The notes under the pieces were generated by a model. It saw only the letters and a list, made by a program, of their open reading frames with translations, had not been told where the DNA came from and did no database searches. The position numbers and the translations under genes were made by a program. Of a DNA stretch of 64,000 nucleotides, positions 1 through 9,858 are shown in pieces (the first letter of the stretch is position 1; every line of letters begins with the position of its first letter). Source of the DNA: Chthoniobacterales bacterium (lineage in GTDB: Bacteria; Verrucomicrobiota; Verrucomicrobiia; Chthoniobacterales; DASVRZ01); the NCBI GenBank assembly GCA_038230215.1, contig JBBRNR010000003.1, positions 100,836 through 164,835 on the forward strand, written 5' to 3'.

Positions 1-270
1 CCTTTTGCCTCAGCCAGCCGCGCTATGCAAAGTCTCCCCTATCAGTATGTTATAATTGATACCAAGACGATGTGGTATGGGCAGGATTTTGTGCGCAACG
101 AACCCGGATTAGGGAACACTCCCAAATTTCTTTTCATCAATCGCTACACCGCAGAGGTTGAGAAATTCTGTCAGGAACATCCGCCGAGTGGACGTGTCGG
201 CTTTAATCATTTGCAACGTTTCGGCATCTTGCCTCGTTTTGTGCCGCCCCCTCCGCCAAAGGTGGATTAA
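1..270 (+). CDS. 3' end of an unidentified gene that starts upstream of the window (partial)
   Basis: Frame 1 is stop-free from base 1 into ORF-track ORF 25..270; ends FVPPPPPKVD*. No family recognised. Confidence 0.3.
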   Translation, partial: PFASASRAMQSLPYQYVIIDTKTMWYGQDFVRNEPGLGNTPKFLFINRYTAEVEKFCQEHPPSGRVGFNHLQRFGILPRFVPPPPPKVD

Positions 271-278
271 ATTGATCC

Positions 279-1394
279 ATGCCACAAGCTGCTCCGAAAA
301 ACTGGTTCGGCTACGATTCGCGTTCTCTGGCGAGCGCTCTTGTCATGGCCGGAGTGGATTTGCTCCATCCGTTTCGTAAACCTGAGCGCTTTGAGTGGGC
401 TGGCCCCTGTGTAATTTCCTCACTCGGAGGAATAGGTGATCTATTTATCCATCTACCGCTCCTAAGCGGATTGGTGAAACATTGCCGGACGCTTGGTCTG
501 CCAGTGCAAGTCGCGCTCATGCCGGGCCACGCTTCACTGGGGCGTCTATGTGGGTGGGACATCCTGGAGTTTGATAACCAATTGGTCTCTTTCTTCAAGG
601 ACCGGCGTGGGGTCGCAATCAGTTCAGTCTACAAACAGATCAAACTCACTCGTGCCCGGAAAATCGCGCTTTGGGTTGATCTCACAGGCAACGCGGTCAA
701 TGCCGCCATTTTCAAATTCTCCCGGGTAAAAAGACTGGCCGGTAGGGTGACCCGTGGTGGCCGAAGTCTGACCGATCATCCCTTGCCTCACTGTGTCGGT
801 GACAACGAACACCAACACTGCGCTGAGTTGGCGGAATATTTCGGTTGCAAGCTGGACTTCGATATTTTCGATCTCCTCGCCGGGAGTGCTCCACAACATC
901 GGCAGATCGTTCTCGCCGTAAGCACCGCCTGCCAGTGGCGAAATTGGCCGCTTTCGAATTTCCTTCAGATTGTTCAAGCCTTTCCCAGAGAAGAATTCGT
1001 CCTCGTGGGATTGGTGAAGGAACTTACCGAGTCGGATCGCGCCGCCTTGGTGGCGATCCGGGCCTCGGCCAACGTCGTGGATCGGATGGACTCACTCCCT
1101 CTGGAATCTCTGATCTGCTTGATTGCCCGCTGCAAGGCGATCGTCTCAAACGACACAGGCGCTGCGCACATTGCCCGCGCCTATCATCGTCCTGGCGCTG
1201 TAATTTTTGGTCCTACACCACTTTCGTTCTGGGCAGAAGGCAGCCTGAAGCTTTTTCACGACACCACCTGTCCTCACTACCCGTGTGTGATGTGGAAATG
1301 CCAGACGCCGGAGAACTGGTGCATGACGAAAGTCTCCGCTTTTCCCGTCATCGCCCACTTATCGTCGGTGTTACAATCCGCTGAAGTGGAATAA
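279..1394 (+). CDS. Glycosyltransferase family 9 (heptosyltransferase-like)
   Basis: C-terminal CKAIVSNDTGAAHIARAYHRPGAVIFGPT matches the GT9 SNDSGxMHLAAA...FGPT signature; heads a glycan-synthesis cluster. Confidence 0.7.
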   Translation: MPQAAPKNWFGYDSRSLASALVMAGVDLLHPFRKPERFEWAGPCVISSLGGIGDLFIHLPLLSGLVKHCRTLGLPVQVALMPGHASLGRLCGWDILEFDNQLVSFFKDRRGVAISSVYKQIKLTRARKIALWVDLTGNAVNAAIFKFSRVKRLAGRVTRGGRSLTDHPLPHCVGDNEHQHCAELAEYFGCKLDFDIFDLLAGSAPQHRQIVLAVSTACQWRNWPLSNFLQIVQAFPREEFVLVGLVKELTESDRAALVAIRASANVVDRMDSLPLESLICLIARCKAIVSNDTGAAHIARAYHRPGAVIFGPTPLSFWAEGSLKLFHDTTCPHYPCVMWKCQTPENWCMTKVSAFPVIAHLSSVLQSAEVE

Positions 1395-1434
1395 AGGAAT
1401 CGACTCGGAAAGGCCGTTCTGTTGGAAAGGACAG

Positions 1435-2229
1435 GTGTCAATTTTTGCCATGCTCGCCGATCATGCTCGTCGAGTCCTTAAATCTTTTGCCGGGTTTCAA
1501 GTCTTTGGATTGAGTTGGTTTTTACCGTGGGCAGCTTTCGTAGTGTCTCCACTGCTTTCACGTTTGGTGAAGAACCAAGTATGGCGGTTCAACCTGTTTT
1601 CTTTTCGGACAGACGCGGGTGATCTGTATGCTTTCGCCAACATTTTTGAGGATTACCCTTTGGACAAAATCCGGATGGCTTTGCCGCAGGTTGAGCAGGT
1701 AGTGGACGCAGGGGCAAACGTCGGCGCATTTTCCCGCCTGATTGTTTCGCTGTCCAAAGAGTCCGGGCAATCGGTGTCTCTGATCGCGGTCGAGCCAGCG
1801 GAGGACAATGTCGCCTTACTCCGGGGGCAGCCATTTGCTGGAGACATTGAAGTGATCGCCGGGGCTATTGGGCCGACCTGCGGGCAAGGGTCTGTGCGGC
1901 GAGGGATCAATTCCGTAACGCACCAAGTGGATTTCGGGAGCGCTGTCGAGGGAATGGAGGCGGTCGCAGTTTATAACCTGGATACCCTCTGCAAACGCCC
2001 CACCTTGCTTAAAATGGACATCGAGGGTGGAGAATACGCCATTTTGCAAAACGCCCTTCCAGACACCGTGCGCTACCTTCTTTTGGAATGGCATCCATCA
2101 ACTCTCGATGATCGCCCGGCTGATCCAACGTCGCTCGTTGCCACCGGGCGGTGGGAATTAATATCCCGAGATCTCTATGGGGCCTCAATGTGGTTTTGGG
2201 AACAAACGCCTGGCTCCATCTCTCAGTAG
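1435..2229 (+). CDS. FkbM-family SAM-dependent methyltransferase (copy 1)
   Basis: VVDAGANVGAFS SAM loop and LLKMDIEGGEYAIL motif typical of FkbM family; GTG start in ORF track, ATG alternative at 1450. Confidence 0.8.
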   Translation: MSIFAMLADHARRVLKSFAGFQVFGLSWFLPWAAFVVSPLLSRLVKNQVWRFNLFSFRTDAGDLYAFANIFEDYPLDKIRMALPQVEQVVDAGANVGAFSRLIVSLSKESGQSVSLIAVEPAEDNVALLRGQPFAGDIEVIAGAIGPTCGQGSVRRGINSVTHQVDFGSAVEGMEAVAVYNLDTLCKRPTLLKMDIEGGEYAILQNALPDTVRYLLLEWHPSTLDDRPADPTSLVATGRWELISRDLYGASMWFWEQTPGSISQ

Positions 2230-3195
2230 AGCAAGACTCCTAAGACTTATCGGCAGACGTAGCATATGGATGAAACGCTGAGCCAAAGAGGAGGCGTAAT
2301 ATTGCGTGTGCTCCGTGTAAGTGTCGGCCGCCTTGAAACAATCTTTACTCACGGGATGCCGCAGCGGGAATTTGATAGATCCTTGAGCAAAGGCTTTCCG
2401 TTGTTTCCCGTTTCGAGTGTGAGTGGAATCTTGCCCAAAGCCGATATTTGCCACCAAGTTCAGCTCTGGAATGATACAGCGCATTTCGTGACTCCAGCAG
2501 GCATAAGTCCAAGCCACGTCCCAAGTTCGCAAGGCTCCGGCTTCCCCCAGATAGGCGTCATCGAACCATAGCTTCCAGAAGTGTTTTGCCGGGCCTGTGC
2601 CCCGCGTCGCTTCCAACCAGTTCGTCTTACGCAGTTGCGGCCAGGTGCTCATAGAAAGGTCCATTTTCTGCCAGGCGCGCCGCCATGTGGCCCATCCCCA
2701 GATGTGGCAATGGCGGGAAAAATAATAGGAGGCAGGCGAAACATTTTTCCCATTTTGGAAATTGTCGCCACTAATGAGGCCTACTCCCTCATCGCTCGCA
2801 TACCGGCTCAAAAGTTCCTCACAGAACGGAAAGAAACTCGCGTCGGGAAGGCAGTCATCCTCCAGGATGATCGCCTGCTCCACTTTGGAAAAAAGCCAGT
2901 CGAGACCCTCTGCAACGCTCCTGCGGCAACCCAGATTCTCTTCACGAAAGCGCAGTTGCAAATCACACGGCCAATCGATGGTTTGAACGATGCGCCGCAC
3001 TTCTTCGCACCGCGCCTTTTCTCCTGGGTGATCCGCGCGCGGACCATCTGCGACGACCAAAAGCTGCTGCGGTCGTGCGCGCCGAATTTGTTCGAAAACG
3101 AGGCGCGTCGTTTCGGGTCGGTTGAAAACGAGAAAAGCGATCGGCGTAAGCATGGACGCAGGCAAGAACCCGCAGGCAAGCATTGAACTGCGCAC
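2185..3195 (-). CDS. GT-A fold nucleotide-diphospho-sugar glycosyltransferase (GT2-like)
   Basis: N-terminal FLVFNRPETTRLVFEQIR...LLVVADGPR and acidic ILEDDCLPD (DxD-like) motif; 45-bp convergent overlap with 1435..2229. Confidence 0.55.
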   Translation of the reverse strand: MRSSMLACGFLPASMLTPIAFLVFNRPETTRLVFEQIRRARPQQLLVVADGPRADHPGEKARCEEVRRIVQTIDWPCDLQLRFREENLGCRRSVAEGLDWLFSKVEQAIILEDDCLPDASFFPFCEELLSRYASDEGVGLISGDNFQNGKNVSPASYYFSRHCHIWGWATWRRAWQKMDLSMSTWPQLRKTNWLEATRGTGPAKHFWKLWFDDAYLGEAGALRTWDVAWTYACWSHEMRCIIPELNLVANIGFGQDSTHTRNGKQRKAFAQGSIKFPLRHPVSKDCFKAADTYTEHTQYYASSLAQRFIHMLRLPISLRSLALLRDGARRLFPKPH

Positions 3196-3276
3196 AGCGA
3201 AGATTCAAGCTTTTCCCTGCCTCGTTTTTCCTCCATATAGGGCTGTGTCTCCTCTTTTGCTCGCCCAGCCCCGCTC

Positions 3277-4605
3277 ATGAGCGTCTCCTCTGAAAATTCA
3301 GCGGGTGCTGCGTTTCGCGGACAGTTGAAACAGGCTTTGCAGTCGAAGTTCTTCCACGACCTGCGGTATTTGGTCGGCCAACATTTGCTCATTAAATGCT
3401 TCTCTCTGGCGGCGGTCAGTTATGCGATGCGCCAGCTTGGTCCAGCGGGACTGGGAGAACTTGGTTACGCCATGGCGGTTGTTAGCGTTACCTTGGTCCT
3501 CAGCAATTTGGGATTCGACCAACTTTTGCCGAAGATCATGGCAGGAAAACCAACATCTCAATCCCGGCACGAGGCGGCGCTAAGAGCTTACTCGCTGAGA
3601 ATATGCCTTATCTGCTGTGCGGCACCTATTTTTCTGGTCGGCGCGATTTTCGAGTCTTCCTCAAGCGTGTTTCCCGGGATGCAACAACTCGGCTACTCTA
3701 CCTTGATCTGGCTTGCGGCTTTGCTATTTCTTCTCGGTAATGCGTTGAATCCCGAGGCGTATCAACAGGGTAAGGATGAGATAAAGAAACTCGGTAATTT
3801 CCAACTTAGAGCCGCTATTATTTCCAGTATCCTCTTTGTCCTCGTCTTCCGGTTTTTTCCTTCGCCGCCCGCCTTTCTCCTGATTCAGGCTGTCGCCGTG
3901 TTATCTGTAGCCTGGCAGGCATTCGCCGGAAATGGAAGCGAGCACCTTTTGCTTCCCCACTGGAACACACTCAAGGAAGTGGCGGCCCATGTGCAGAAAT
4001 TCTGGCCCACCATTGCCAATATCCTCGTCATTTATTGCGTTATTGGACTGGACAGTTTTTTCCTGCCTTTACTCTCCACTGGCAAAGAGGTGGGGTTCTA
4101 CGTCGCGGCTTCCACTCTCTGCAACGGAGTGAACGTATTTGTGGCACTCATCCCCATGGCATTATACCCGCGCATTCTGGGCTGGGTGCAAACTTCTCCG
4201 GCCATCGCGGTGGCGCACACCATGAAAATCACAAGAGGAGTGCTGCTGGCGGCTCCCTTGGTGTATCTTGTTAGCAGGTATGCCTGCGATTTGGGCGTTC
4301 CGCTAATATTAGGCTCCTCCTATCGTGATGCCAGTCCGGTCCTCGCAGCTTTAATCTGCCAGTTCTTCGTTTATGTTGGCTACCATGCGATCACCTTCAC
4401 GTTTGTTGCCATGGAGCGCTATCGCCTTGCGCTGGTAGTCTCTGTCACCGGTGCTGCTCTGAGTATGGTCGGCTACCCTCTTGCGGCGAAACTGGGTGGG
4501 GCGGTTTACATGGCTCACGCAAAGCTGGGCATCTGCTGTGTCATGGTGGTAGCAGGCTTGTTTCTGCTCGTGTTCACAAAGCGGACGAGATCGTCTCCTG
4601 AATAA
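3277..4605 (+). CDS. Polysaccharide/O-unit flippase, MOP (Wzx-like) family
   Basis: 442 aa, hydrophobic throughout with roughly 12 TM-like segments; embedded in glycosyltransferase cluster. Confidence 0.6.
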   Translation: MSVSSENSAGAAFRGQLKQALQSKFFHDLRYLVGQHLLIKCFSLAAVSYAMRQLGPAGLGELGYAMAVVSVTLVLSNLGFDQLLPKIMAGKPTSQSRHEAALRAYSLRICLICCAAPIFLVGAIFESSSSVFPGMQQLGYSTLIWLAALLFLLGNALNPEAYQQGKDEIKKLGNFQLRAAIISSILFVLVFRFFPSPPAFLLIQAVAVLSVAWQAFAGNGSEHLLLPHWNTLKEVAAHVQKFWPTIANILVIYCVIGLDSFFLPLLSTGKEVGFYVAASTLCNGVNVFVALIPMALYPRILGWVQTSPAIAVAHTMKITRGVLLAAPLVYLVSRYACDLGVPLILGSSYRDASPVLAALICQFFVYVGYHAITFTFVAMERYRLALVVSVTGAALSMVGYPLAAKLGGAVYMAHAKLGICCVMVVAGLFLLVFTKRTRSSPE

Positions 4606-4613
4606 CTAGTTTT

Positions 4614-5423
4614 ATGTTAATCCGTATTTTTATTCTATTTCAAAGTATCTATCGCCTAATCTTTGGGCGGCCGATCTTTTCCACTTGGAACACCGGTCTC
4701 ATGCGCCTGAGTCTTAGCGGCCTTGGAATTTTAAATTACCAAAACAACAAAGTTAGCGGAGAACAGTATTTTTTAAAAAAAGTTCTTCCCCGTATCCTGC
4801 GATCCGACCGTGTGATCTTCCTCGACGTGGGGGCAAATATTGGCAGCTATACCTTGGAGCTCACGAGGCTTTTTCCCAACGCAAAGGTGCATTCCTTTGA
4901 ACCGCACCCTAAAAATTTTGAGCAATTGAAATCCGCAATTACTTCGGAGAACGTCGTCCTCCATAATGTGGCTATGGGAGCTGCAACGGGGAAGGCCGTC
5001 TTATATGATCGCGCCGACTGCGACGGGTCGGAGCACGCCACTTTGCACGAAGCTGTCCTAACTGACATTCATCACATCGGGATAGTCGCCACGGAGATAA
5101 ACGTCGATACTCTCGACAACCTAGCAAGCATCCACAAGATCGATTTTATCGACCTGCTAAAAATCGACACGGAAGGTCATGAGTTAGCTGTCCTACAGGG
5201 AGCGGCAAAACTATTGAAGCAACAAAAAGTCGGCTGCATTCATTTTGAGTTTAACGAAATGAATGTGGTGAGCCGGGTTTTCCTAAATGACTTCCGAAAA
5301 ATACTGCCGGGCTATTCGCTTTTCCGGCTATTGCCGAAAGGCTTGCTGCCACTGAGTCATTCCCCATTGGAAACGGAACTGTTTGCCTATCAAAATATTA
5401 TTGCCCTTCCACAGTCTTCCTAG
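4614..5423 (+). CDS. FkbM-family SAM-dependent methyltransferase (copy 2)
   Basis: FLDVGANIGSYT and LLKIDTEGHELAVLQG motifs. Confidence 0.8.
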   Translation: MLIRIFILFQSIYRLIFGRPIFSTWNTGLMRLSLSGLGILNYQNNKVSGEQYFLKKVLPRILRSDRVIFLDVGANIGSYTLELTRLFPNAKVHSFEPHPKNFEQLKSAITSENVVLHNVAMGAATGKAVLYDRADCDGSEHATLHEAVLTDIHHIGIVATEINVDTLDNLASIHKIDFIDLLKIDTEGHELAVLQGAAKLLKQQKVGCIHFEFNEMNVVSRVFLNDFRKILPGYSLFRLLPKGLLPLSHSPLETELFAYQNIIALPQSS

Positions 5424-6121
5424 CTAGCTCCCGTCCCGTTAAATCCGCGGCGCAGCCAAATTTTGTCAGCTTCCACAACCTTGCCTCTCACCTCCAGTTC
5501 GTTAGTGGTGGAGTATTCCTCAAACCCTTTTTCGCCAAGCAGGCGGCGAAGTTCTTCGTAGGTTCCTTGGGGGCCGAATGACACTTCCAGCATCAACGCA
5601 TGGCAGCGCTTCCAGAGAGATTCCATTCCCAGCAACGCCTGAATTTCCGCCCCCTGTAGATCCAGTTTAACGAAGACGTTTTGCCCCGTCACAGGCAGAT
5701 CTTCCAGCCGGAGCGTCTCTACTTCCCAAAAGCCGACGTTTTCCTGATCCGCTGGAGCCATCACCGTGCACGACGTTGTCGCGGCGGTGGGTTGGAATAG
5801 ATCTAATCGCGTTTTTTTGTGCCAAAGCGCCCCTTCGAATACTGTAAAACCCTGCTTCCGAAGAAGGTTTGCGCTAGGGGCATGCGGCTCGACGCAAAGC
5901 AATTGCGCATCGGGAAGAATCGCCCGCACGCTACTGGCAAATTCTCCGACGTTGGCTCCTCCGTCCACGACGGCGTCAAAATTGCCCCAAGCTAGAAACT
6001 GGCTGATTTTCTGATGGCGTAACCAGATACGCGAAACCGCGGTGAGCGGCTGGGCGATGCAGGAGATGCTTTGAAGGGCTCTGATTCCACGGATGCCCCA
6101 TTGATAAATATGGTTGTTCAT
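5420..6121 (-). CDS. FkbM-family SAM-dependent methyltransferase (copy 3)
   Basis: VVDGGANVGEF and VKLDLQGAEIQAL motifs. ORF track gives 5420..6181; internal ATG at 6121 gives an ATGA stop/start overlap with 6118..7134 and is preferred. Confidence 0.7.
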   Translation of the reverse strand: MNNHIYQWGIRGIRALQSISCIAQPLTAVSRIWLRHQKISQFLAWGNFDAVVDGGANVGEFASSVRAILPDAQLLCVEPHAPSANLLRKQGFTVFEGALWHKKTRLDLFQPTAATTSCTVMAPADQENVGFWEVETLRLEDLPVTGQNVFVKLDLQGAEIQALLGMESLWKRCHALMLEVSFGPQGTYEELRRLLGEKGFEEYSTTNELEVRGKVVEADKIWLRRGFNGTGAS

Positions 6122-7134
6122 CTTGGGTCTTCTTGGCGGGGCGGGTGGGCTTTGACAAGGCCAATTGCAAAATCCGCCCATCGCGAAAGGTTGAGTTCAC
6201 CAGGGTATGCTTGCACATGGTGCAGTTCCTCCTCCATCTCGCCTTCGAACCCCACCCCGACAATTTGAGCACCTACCGCAAGGCTATTCCATATCTTGGA
6301 GGGAAATACGGCGCGGCGAATGATCGGATCAGCGGCCACCAAATGCACCTCGGAGACTTGCAACGCGCGCAGCAGTTCAGCCTCCTCTCGAAAAGGGGGA
6401 CGTGGTCGGATCCAAGTCGGCAGACTTTTGACTCCGGGACCGTCGGCATGGATCAGCAATTCGTAGCCGTCTTCTACAAGTTGCCGACATTGTTCGGAAA
6501 ACATCTTTACATCATGACCATACCCGAGGTTTCCCGTATAAAGCGCGGAGCGCATGCGACAAACCTTTGGCGCATCGACGTCTGGTTTCAGCGTCGGCCA
6601 GTTGCGCAAGGTCCGGTAATTCGGAGCATCACCGGGGAGATTGCCCGCGGCCTTCACGACGTAATCCCAGCGAGCGAGGTGCATATCCCACCAACTTGAC
6701 GCCACTTTGCGAAGGTACACTGGGTAATCAGCCATTCCTCTAACCAGTTCTGGATAATAATCTTGCAGCCAATAAACAGCCACTGCCCCTTGCTTTTGGA
6801 TGATCCCAGAAAGTCGCAGACTGAACGGTGGCGCCGACGTGACAATCACAACATCCTCTCGCCCAACTGACTCTGAAATATAAGCTGCGAACGCCGTATT
6901 CAGGGCCAGATATTCTTGAAAGGTCGACAAATGATTGCCGCGTTTTCCTAATTTATGAGGAAGATTTCTCCTCGGCACTTGTGGCTCCTTTCTCTTTGCA
7001 GTACGGTAGTGACCGGAACCTCCGACGAGACGGACGTCAACACCTCGTCGCTGCAATTCGTCGCCTAATTGCTCGGAATAAATCGCCGTGGGTGCGCCAT
7101 CGGGCCAGATATATTGATTAAGAATATGAACCAC
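6118..7134 (-). CDS. GT-B fold glycosyltransferase (GT4/WbuB-like)
   Basis: N-terminus MVHILNQYIWPDGAPTAIYSEQLGDELQRRGVDVRLV resembles the GT4 N-terminal Rossmann domain; cluster context; C-terminal half less clear. Confidence 0.5.
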   Translation of the reverse strand: MVHILNQYIWPDGAPTAIYSEQLGDELQRRGVDVRLVGGSGHYRTAKRKEPQVPRRNLPHKLGKRGNHLSTFQEYLALNTAFAAYISESVGREDVVIVTSAPPFSLRLSGIIQKQGAVAVYWLQDYYPELVRGMADYPVYLRKVASSWWDMHLARWDYVVKAAGNLPGDAPNYRTLRNWPTLKPDVDAPKVCRMRSALYTGNLGYGHDVKMFSEQCRQLVEDGYELLIHADGPGVKSLPTWIRPRPPFREEAELLRALQVSEVHLVAADPIIRRAVFPSKIWNSLAVGAQIVGVGFEGEMEEELHHVQAYPGELNLSRWADFAIGLVKAHPPRQEDPR

Positions 7135-7153
7135 AACCGTTCCTCAGTCAGAA

Positions 7154-7894
7154 TTATCTATTCATTTTCTGAGCAAAAACGTGCAACTCGTGGCACAAGA
7201 ACCGTGGAGAAATAGATTCGAAGAATTTACCAATCAGCCCCGGCAGATATCCCATGCCCATTAAATGCGAAATACCCCGGTGGTAGCGAACCGCGGATGT
7301 AAAGCAATATCTTTTTAAAATTCGTTCTGCAGACCACTTGGTATTGCAAGGATACGTTGTGGGAAACACGTCTTGCGCCTCGTGAACATCGCCTAACAGC
7401 CCGCGCAATTTGTAGTGCAGCTCGAATGGAATCATCGCTGCCCCCAGAGACGAGTAATGAAATCGGTTCGGGGTGCGGAAACAGAAATACCCGCCCGGCT
7501 TCAGCACGCGGTTTATTTCCGTCATCAGCAGGTCGATGTCTGTCACGTGCTCAATGACCCAGTCTGCATGACAGAGATCAATCGTGCCATCCTCCACAGG
7601 GATCAGATAATCAGTCATCTGGCGAAACTCATCGATGTCGAGATTGTCCACCCCTGCACCTGTGGGATCCACTCCGATCACTTGTCGAACTTTGCCCTTA
7701 AAGGTGCAAAGACTTTTGTAAAATGCGGTGCTGCTGCTGAGATGTATGCCCCTGCCACAACCGTAATCCAGAACCACGCTGCTTGTATTTAGCAGCGACT
7801 GAACTCGTGCATAATATGGCACGCCGCCGTCGTTAAAAGTGAATTTGCCAAAATGTATTTCGGGATAAATTCTTTCGGCTACAAAGCTCGTCAT
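7154..7894 (-). CDS. Class I SAM-dependent methyltransferase
   Basis: VLDYGCGRGIH (motif I) and VLKPGGYFCF; 4-nt overlap with upstream GT2 gene. Confidence 0.75.
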   Translation of the reverse strand: MTSFVAERIYPEIHFGKFTFNDGGVPYYARVQSLLNTSSVVLDYGCGRGIHLSSSTAFYKSLCTFKGKVRQVIGVDPTGAGVDNLDIDEFRQMTDYLIPVEDGTIDLCHADWVIEHVTDIDLLMTEINRVLKPGGYFCFRTPNRFHYSSLGAAMIPFELHYKLRGLLGDVHEAQDVFPTTYPCNTKWSAERILKRYCFTSAVRYHRGISHLMGMGYLPGLIGKFFESISPRFLCHELHVFAQKMNR

Positions 7895-8907
7895 TGAATA
7901 TGTCTATCCATCTGGATTCTGGGAATCGAGATGGATCTGTTGGCTGGAGCACCAAATTTTCTTAACTGAATATGATAAGCCTCCCGATGATGGCGCAGAC
8001 TCGACTCAAGCAGCAAGCCGGCCAAAAATACCACCGTCGAGAGGCTCACGATACTTGCTGCGAGAATGGCCAGAGGTAGTCGCCCAACAAGTCCCGTGGT
8101 GCAAAATTCATAAATGGGAAAGGACCCCGCCGCGAATCCGAGTAAAAGCCCGATGCAGGCCATCACTCCGAAAAAGCCCAGCGGACGGTAGTCGCGGAAA
8201 AGCACCAGCAAGACCCGCAGGATGCGCAGGCCATCACTGAAGGTTTTTAATTTGGAAACAGACCCTTCCGCCCGGCTGCGGAATGGAACTGGCACCTCGA
8301 CCATCGAGAAACCTTTGTCGATGGCCTGAATAGTCAGTTCGAGTTCCAACTCGAATCCTCGCGAAAGAACGGGCACATGCTGATAAAATCGGCGCGAAAA
8401 TAATCTCAAGCCTGAGAATAAGTCATACGGCTTGTAGCCGAAGACGGTTTTTAGAACTCCCGCGAAGATGGACATTCCAAATTGATGCATCGGGCGAAAC
8501 ACCTCGCCGCCGATCTGCGCGCTGCGAATTCCCGTGATCATATCAACTGGATGACGGCAGTATTCGTTAAATAAAATCTCCGCGCCTTCCGCTGGATAAC
8601 TACCGTCGCCGTCCACCATGATAACAATATCTGTATCGACGAGGGCCAGAGCGGTCGCCACGGCCGTGGCCTTGCCCCTGCGGCGCTCGGTGATCACCTC
8701 GGCACCGGCACGTTGAGCTTCCTCCGACGTGCGATCATCAGAGCCATTATCAACCACCAGAATGCGGGCAAAAGGAAACGTCTCACGATATTCTGAGACG
8801 ACGCAGTAGATCCCAAGTTCTTCATTTAGACAAGGGACGAGAATGGTCAGCGACAAGGTATTCATGGTTGGTAATTCCTTATGAACCAGTTTCCGTGCCA
8901 ACCGCAT
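7891..8907 (-). CDS. GT2 glycosyltransferase with C-terminal TM helices (polyprenyl-phosphate sugar synthase type, ArnC/DPM1/GtrB-like)
   Basis: LTILVPCLNEE, ILVVDNGSDDRT, VMVDGDGSYP plus hydrophobic C-terminal segments; alternative ATG at 8865. Confidence 0.85.
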   Translation of the reverse strand: MRLARKLVHKELPTMNTLSLTILVPCLNEELGIYCVVSEYRETFPFARILVVDNGSDDRTSEEAQRAGAEVITERRRGKATAVATALALVDTDIVIMVDGDGSYPAEGAEILFNEYCRHPVDMITGIRSAQIGGEVFRPMHQFGMSIFAGVLKTVFGYKPYDLFSGLRLFSRRFYQHVPVLSRGFELELELTIQAIDKGFSMVEVPVPFRSRAEGSVSKLKTFSDGLRILRVLLVLFRDYRPLGFFGVMACIGLLLGFAAGSFPIYEFCTTGLVGRLPLAILAASIVSLSTVVFLAGLLLESSLRHHREAYHIQLRKFGAPANRSISIPRIQMDRHIQ

Positions 8908-8996
8908 GGGCCGGAGTTGTATTTTTATAGGCTAAGTTGCTTTTCTTTGTGTTCCTGAAAAGAAGTGGTCGCTTGTAGTGGCCCGCCCGCTGGTTT

Positions 8997-9848
8997 ATGA
9001 ATTCTGTCATGTTCACCGAGGATCGCTCAGACGATTATATTCCTCTCACGGTTGTGGGGAAATACCCGATTCATGCGACGGAACTGCTCATCCTGATTCA
9101 TATCGCCAGCATGGTGTGCTTTTCATTGTGGGCCGCGTTTTCAGGTCAGCCGCTAAGGGGCACCTCACTGGATTATTTCGCGGCTTACAGTCCCGACTTC
9201 ATCTTGGAAAAACTTCAGGTCTGGAGATTGGTCTCTTACTCGATTCAAAATTATCCATCGCTCGGATTTGCGCTCGGAATGCTAATGCTTTGGTGGTTTG
9301 GGCGCGAGGTGGAAAAATTTTACGGACGCCGCAATTTTCTCATTTCCTACGCCGTTCTAATTGTCGCGCCCGCTCTGATCGGATTGCTGCCAATCTTTCA
9401 TTTTCCGCTGCAAGGTCCTACCGAGGCGCACTTCGCGATCTTCATCATGTTTGCCGCGACCTATCCTGGAGTTCTGCTGCTTTTTAACATTCAGGCGAAA
9501 TGGATGGCTTGGGTGTATCTCGCGATTTTTACGCTGTTGAATCTGGCTAATCGCAATCTAAGTGGACTTTGGTTGCTCTGGCTGATGGCTTTTCTGGGCT
9601 ATGGAATGACGCGCTACTTAGGCCGTGGCGAATGGCTGCCGGAGTGTTGGCAGGGACTGTTGCCGAGCTTCGGAAAATCTCAGTTCACGGTGGTTCGTAA
9701 CGAGCCAGATGGTGACGATGATCTTGTTTCGTCCATCGATCCGATTCTGGAAAAAATCGCTCGCAGCGGACTTTCGAGTCTTTCCGCCAAGGAACATGCG
9801 GCACTGAAGGCGGCCAGTGGCGAGTTGCAAAAAAAGGGCGGGCGCTAG
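8997..9848 (+). CDS. Rhomboid-like polytopic membrane protein; catalytic Ser/His not evident
   Basis: LQVWRLVSYSIQN...LMLWWFGREVEKFYG resembles rhomboid TM1-TM2 (WR...G.E motif). The expected GxSG position reads QGPTEAHFAIF, and no AHxxG-type His helix is seen. Confidence 0.45.
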   Translation: MNSVMFTEDRSDDYIPLTVVGKYPIHATELLILIHIASMVCFSLWAAFSGQPLRGTSLDYFAAYSPDFILEKLQVWRLVSYSIQNYPSLGFALGMLMLWWFGREVEKFYGRRNFLISYAVLIVAPALIGLLPIFHFPLQGPTEAHFAIFIMFAATYPGVLLLFNIQAKWMAWVYLAIFTLLNLANRNLSGLWLLWLMAFLGYGMTRYLGRGEWLPECWQGLLPSFGKSQFTVVRNEPDGDDDLVSSIDPILEKIARSGLSSLSAKEHAALKAASGELQKKGGR

Positions 9849-9858
9849 AGACTTTCCC

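Noticed and set aside
8978-9487. 169-aa ORF in an alternative frame over the rhomboid-like gene
   Set aside because: Arg/Ser/Cys-rich and non-membrane-like, whereas the overlapping 283-aa frame gives coherent TM helices and a rhomboid-like motif.
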